Source: Clostridia bacterium (lineage in GTDB: Bacteria > Bacillota > Clostridia > Christensenellales > Pumilibacteraceae). From it: a stretch of 27,614 nt of DNA. Below are positions 26,501-27,614 of the stretch, piece after piece. The stretch is from NCBI GenBank assembly GCA_900762945.1, contig CAAFIN010000339.1, positions 1 to 27,614 on the forward strand, in the 5' to 3' direction. The notes under the pieces were generated by a model. That model had not been told where the DNA came from. It saw only the letters and a list, made by a program, of their open reading frames with translations, and ran no database searches. Position 1 is the first letter of the stretch, and every line of letters starts with the position of its first letter. Both the position numbers and the translations under genes were made by a program.

Positions 26501-27575
26501 GGTCGACCGTTTCGCCGTCGACGGTAGCCGTGACGGTGAACGCATAACCCGCTTCCGTCGGAGCGGAGAACGTGAAATCGGTATCGAAAATCGCCGATTC
26601 GCCGGCGTTAAGCAGCGCTTTCGCGTCGATCTTAACGGGCGTATAGCCGGTTTTCGCATCCGCGTCGTTGAACTTTTTGTCGTTGCCCGCTATGCCCGCG
26701 TTGGCGTTTGCGTTAAACGCCACGGAATACGCTTTTGCCGACCACACGGCGTGTAAAGTCACTTTGCCGCCGTCCGTCGCGCCCGACATATTCCCTACGT
26801 TTTCGAGGTTGTCATAGGTAAAGTCCGCGACGGAAGCGTTTTCGTCGTAAGCCCAGCCGAGGAAATCGTAGCCTTTTCTGGCAACCAGCGGCAGATCGAC
26901 CGTGGTTTCTACGTAATCGACCGAAATTTCCGTCGTATCGCCCGACGCGCGCGTACTGCCCGCTTCGTCGTTGAGATCGAACGCGATCTTATAAACTATC
27001 GCGGCGTATTTCGCGTAGAAACGCTTGTTGCCCACGCTTCCCGCGGGAATTTCCGCCACCGCTTCGCCGCCGAGTTCGGCGTTATCGTACCAACCGACGA
27101 ACTTGTAACCGGTTTTTTCGATTTTGTCCGCGCCGGGCAAGGTAAGCGCCGCATCCGTCGTGTACGCGCCGACTTCGGCGAGATCGTCGCTCGTGAACGC
27201 GCCGCCGTTGAGTTCGTACTCGATAACGTACGGCACTGCCAGATACTCGGCTTTCAAAGTAATGTTTTCCGTTCTGTCGAACGTGCTGTCCTTGGTCCAC
27301 TCATTGCCGCCGTCGTCGTACCAGCCGCCGAGTTCGTAGCCGTCGGGCGCGATAACTTCGGGCAGTTCGCCGAGTACGTCGCCGTTTTTCAGCGTTTTCG
27401 TGTTCGCGCCGTTGAACGTCCCCTCGCCGGGATCGAACGTAACCGTATAAGTCGCGGGAACTTCGGGCGTAGGCTCCGGAGTCGGCTCCGGCTTTTCGCC
27501 GCAAGCGGCAATACTAAACGCCAGCAACGCCGCGATCACGAGTGCCGTAATGATCTTTATCGGTTTGTTTTTCAT
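23583..27575 (-). CDS. Large surface lipoprotein with five InlB-B/Flg_new-like repeats, three Ig-like spacers and three CBM9/DOMON-like domains, 1330 aa
   Basis: IAAC lipobox, then a PEPTPEPTPEVP linker; SD GGAAGGGA. Five repeats of the type YxVxF...GYxFxGW...TLYAxW/Y. CBM9/DOMON-like signatures ITIDGVLDEEKW..DEGIYYA..VIEAFVPF, KGDDGLYIRAEI..YEFFV and NGDAYFRVTV..YEIMIP. I saw no catalytic domain. Confidence 0.82.
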   Translation of the reverse strand: MKNKPIKIITALVIAALLAFSIAACGEKPEPTPEPTPEVPATYTVTFDPGEGTFNGANTKTLKNGDVLGELPEVIAPDGYELGGWYDDGGNEWTKDSTFDRTENITLKAEYLAVPYVIEYELNGGAFTSDDLAEVGAYTTDAALTLPGADKIEKTGYKFVGWYDNAELGGEAVAEIPAGSVGNKRFYAKYAAIVYKIAFDLNDEAGSTRASGDTTEISVDYVETTVDLPLVARKGYDFLGWAYDENASVADFTYDNLENVGNMSGATDGGKVTLHAVWSAKAYSVAFNANANAGIAGNDKKFNDADAKTGYTPVKIDAKALLNAGESAIFDTDFTFSAPTEAGYAFTVTATVDGETVDLAAADGKYTISGADIDGNIVINVEKHVAGIEIAAEKASYEYVDGGAFKNYAESAPNGNRVKYEGYRAANGDAYFRVTVVSGAIDNIGNHSNSDVVRLVLRKTDGSAVTDVYLSAGGVYFAGLPVNPWTADAGIIANMKSVTYSESVGGKIVSHYEIMIPAEQTSAYGAANEDIYFTMTFVTRTGETLAFPGKANVNPQCWAKFGGSLVADKIGYSTLLTADGVYDYDAQAKRDAGITIDGVLDEEKWKTTGGLTFSESYGSAVYKGFVTDEGIYYAAYLKHADVGEQSPVAVLATFFGTNGWTDGFRVREELNMVGNGDGDGYGTACVTIDRGETCVSVIEAFVPFRELKAKHGVSPVGSGDDLAIEAFAFYQNNKINGNAQWKVGGYGSLQALNFKFTKTGLRFNGNGDYEHSPVNFDACGGSVAADEYVQPLTAGAALGALPVATKAGYVFDAWYDSADGGEKIESTRVLAKTEVFGLTLYARYSHATYAVTGKNGAALPSSVADEYEISGLGTTATHGTDFAFTAKKSGAAATDDTRLLIVVIRIGGEEYEATADGDTYTIDGNDILGDIEISVRLIDRVSYTVAFDGGEGASGSTASVTAYVGVPFTLTTSGFTKPHYVFKGWASEAGGAVVYADGERITDDLLAESGTVTLYAVWEAATYRVTHVGIGLSEFTSGGVDKYSRAFVSGAEAGENKATYGVDYSFTVAGEENYFFEVTAAIGDKTYAFDGSDGNFASVSGNAYVIPGSFVTADVTISVVKHAFNPDVLAGKSSVTYTDSTGNGNAMKFTAVKGDDGLYIRAEITTNKARINSTATGNDAAHWIDAIEVIIGGKDGAKNTMFGLGLDGTFMLNFFGNIGFSGTALSTKNGNMPRFTVAWTSSGTPTAATGNSDITNGVTTEVYEFFVGYSTIGYTAEDTEIPMAIGHFSKLGAEMTFDGKYAASATLATSWIDTGLALAATGNGLTRNDA

Positions 27576-27614
27576 CGTTTTCCCTTCCTTTTAAGAAAAA
27601 TTATATATTTTCGA

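Noticed and set aside
157..26756. Many long opposite-strand or alternate-frame ORFs (e.g. 157-1521, 4505-6037, 7565-9709, 11205-12374, 12691-14133, 14557-15834, 23517-24878, 24942-26756)
   Set aside because: They lie antisense to well-supported genes, are rich in Arg/Val/Ala with no recognisable motifs, and are the expected shadow ORFs of GC-rich codon usage.
27460..27495. PEPTPEPTPEVP repeat as a contingency or phase-variation locus
   Set aside because: The codons differ between copies, so there is no perfect DNA microsatellite. It is an ordinary Pro-rich linker after the lipobox.
12157..27575. Cellulosome-like scaffoldin interpretation of the two giant lipoproteins
   Set aside because: I saw no cohesin-like repeats and no dockerin (duplicated Ca-binding DxNxDGxxxxxD) motifs on any enzyme in the window.
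1..27614. CRISPR array, tRNA/rRNA, IS/integrase, DGR or defence genes
   Set aside because: Intergenic spaces are short and I found no regularly spaced repeats, RNA-gene signatures, transposase, recombinase or reverse-transcriptase motifs. The 1-kb repeat is in-frame coding sequence with no RT nearby.

Overview
This window is a GC-rich carbohydrate-utilisation locus, probably from a Firmicute/Clostridia. That taxon is inferred from the Shine-Dalgarno motifs, lipoprotein-anchored ABC binding protein and InlB-B/Flg_new-like repeats. It holds 15 credible CDSs in three transcription units. (1) A minus-strand operon, 15843->133: a 1228-aa repeat-built non-catalytic lipoprotein, an AraC regulator, two CUT1 ABC permeases, a solute-binding lipoprotein, two proteins built from an unnamed beta-sandwich-like module, a GH39-like lipoprotein, an SGNH esterase lipoprotein and a GH36 alpha-galactosidase. 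(2) A divergent GH78-like alpha-L-rhamnosidase. (3) A second minus-strand operon, 27575->18633: a 1330-aa lipoprotein with InlB-B repeats and CBM9/DOMON-like domains, a TIM-barrel sugar isomerase/epimerase, a GH20 hexosaminidase and a GH106-like hydrolase. I saw no mobile element, CRISPR array or RNA gene. The most interesting signals are four surface proteins with no recognisable catalytic domain that look like a Sus-like glycan-capture apparatus, a C-terminal Gly-Cys-Gly/hydrophobic/basic sorting-signal-like tail, a recent ~1.01-kb intragenic duplication, and an enzyme set (Rha, HexNAc, alpha-Gal, O-acyl) that may target a bacterial rather than a plant glycan. All family assignments are from motif recognition by eye; no database search was run.
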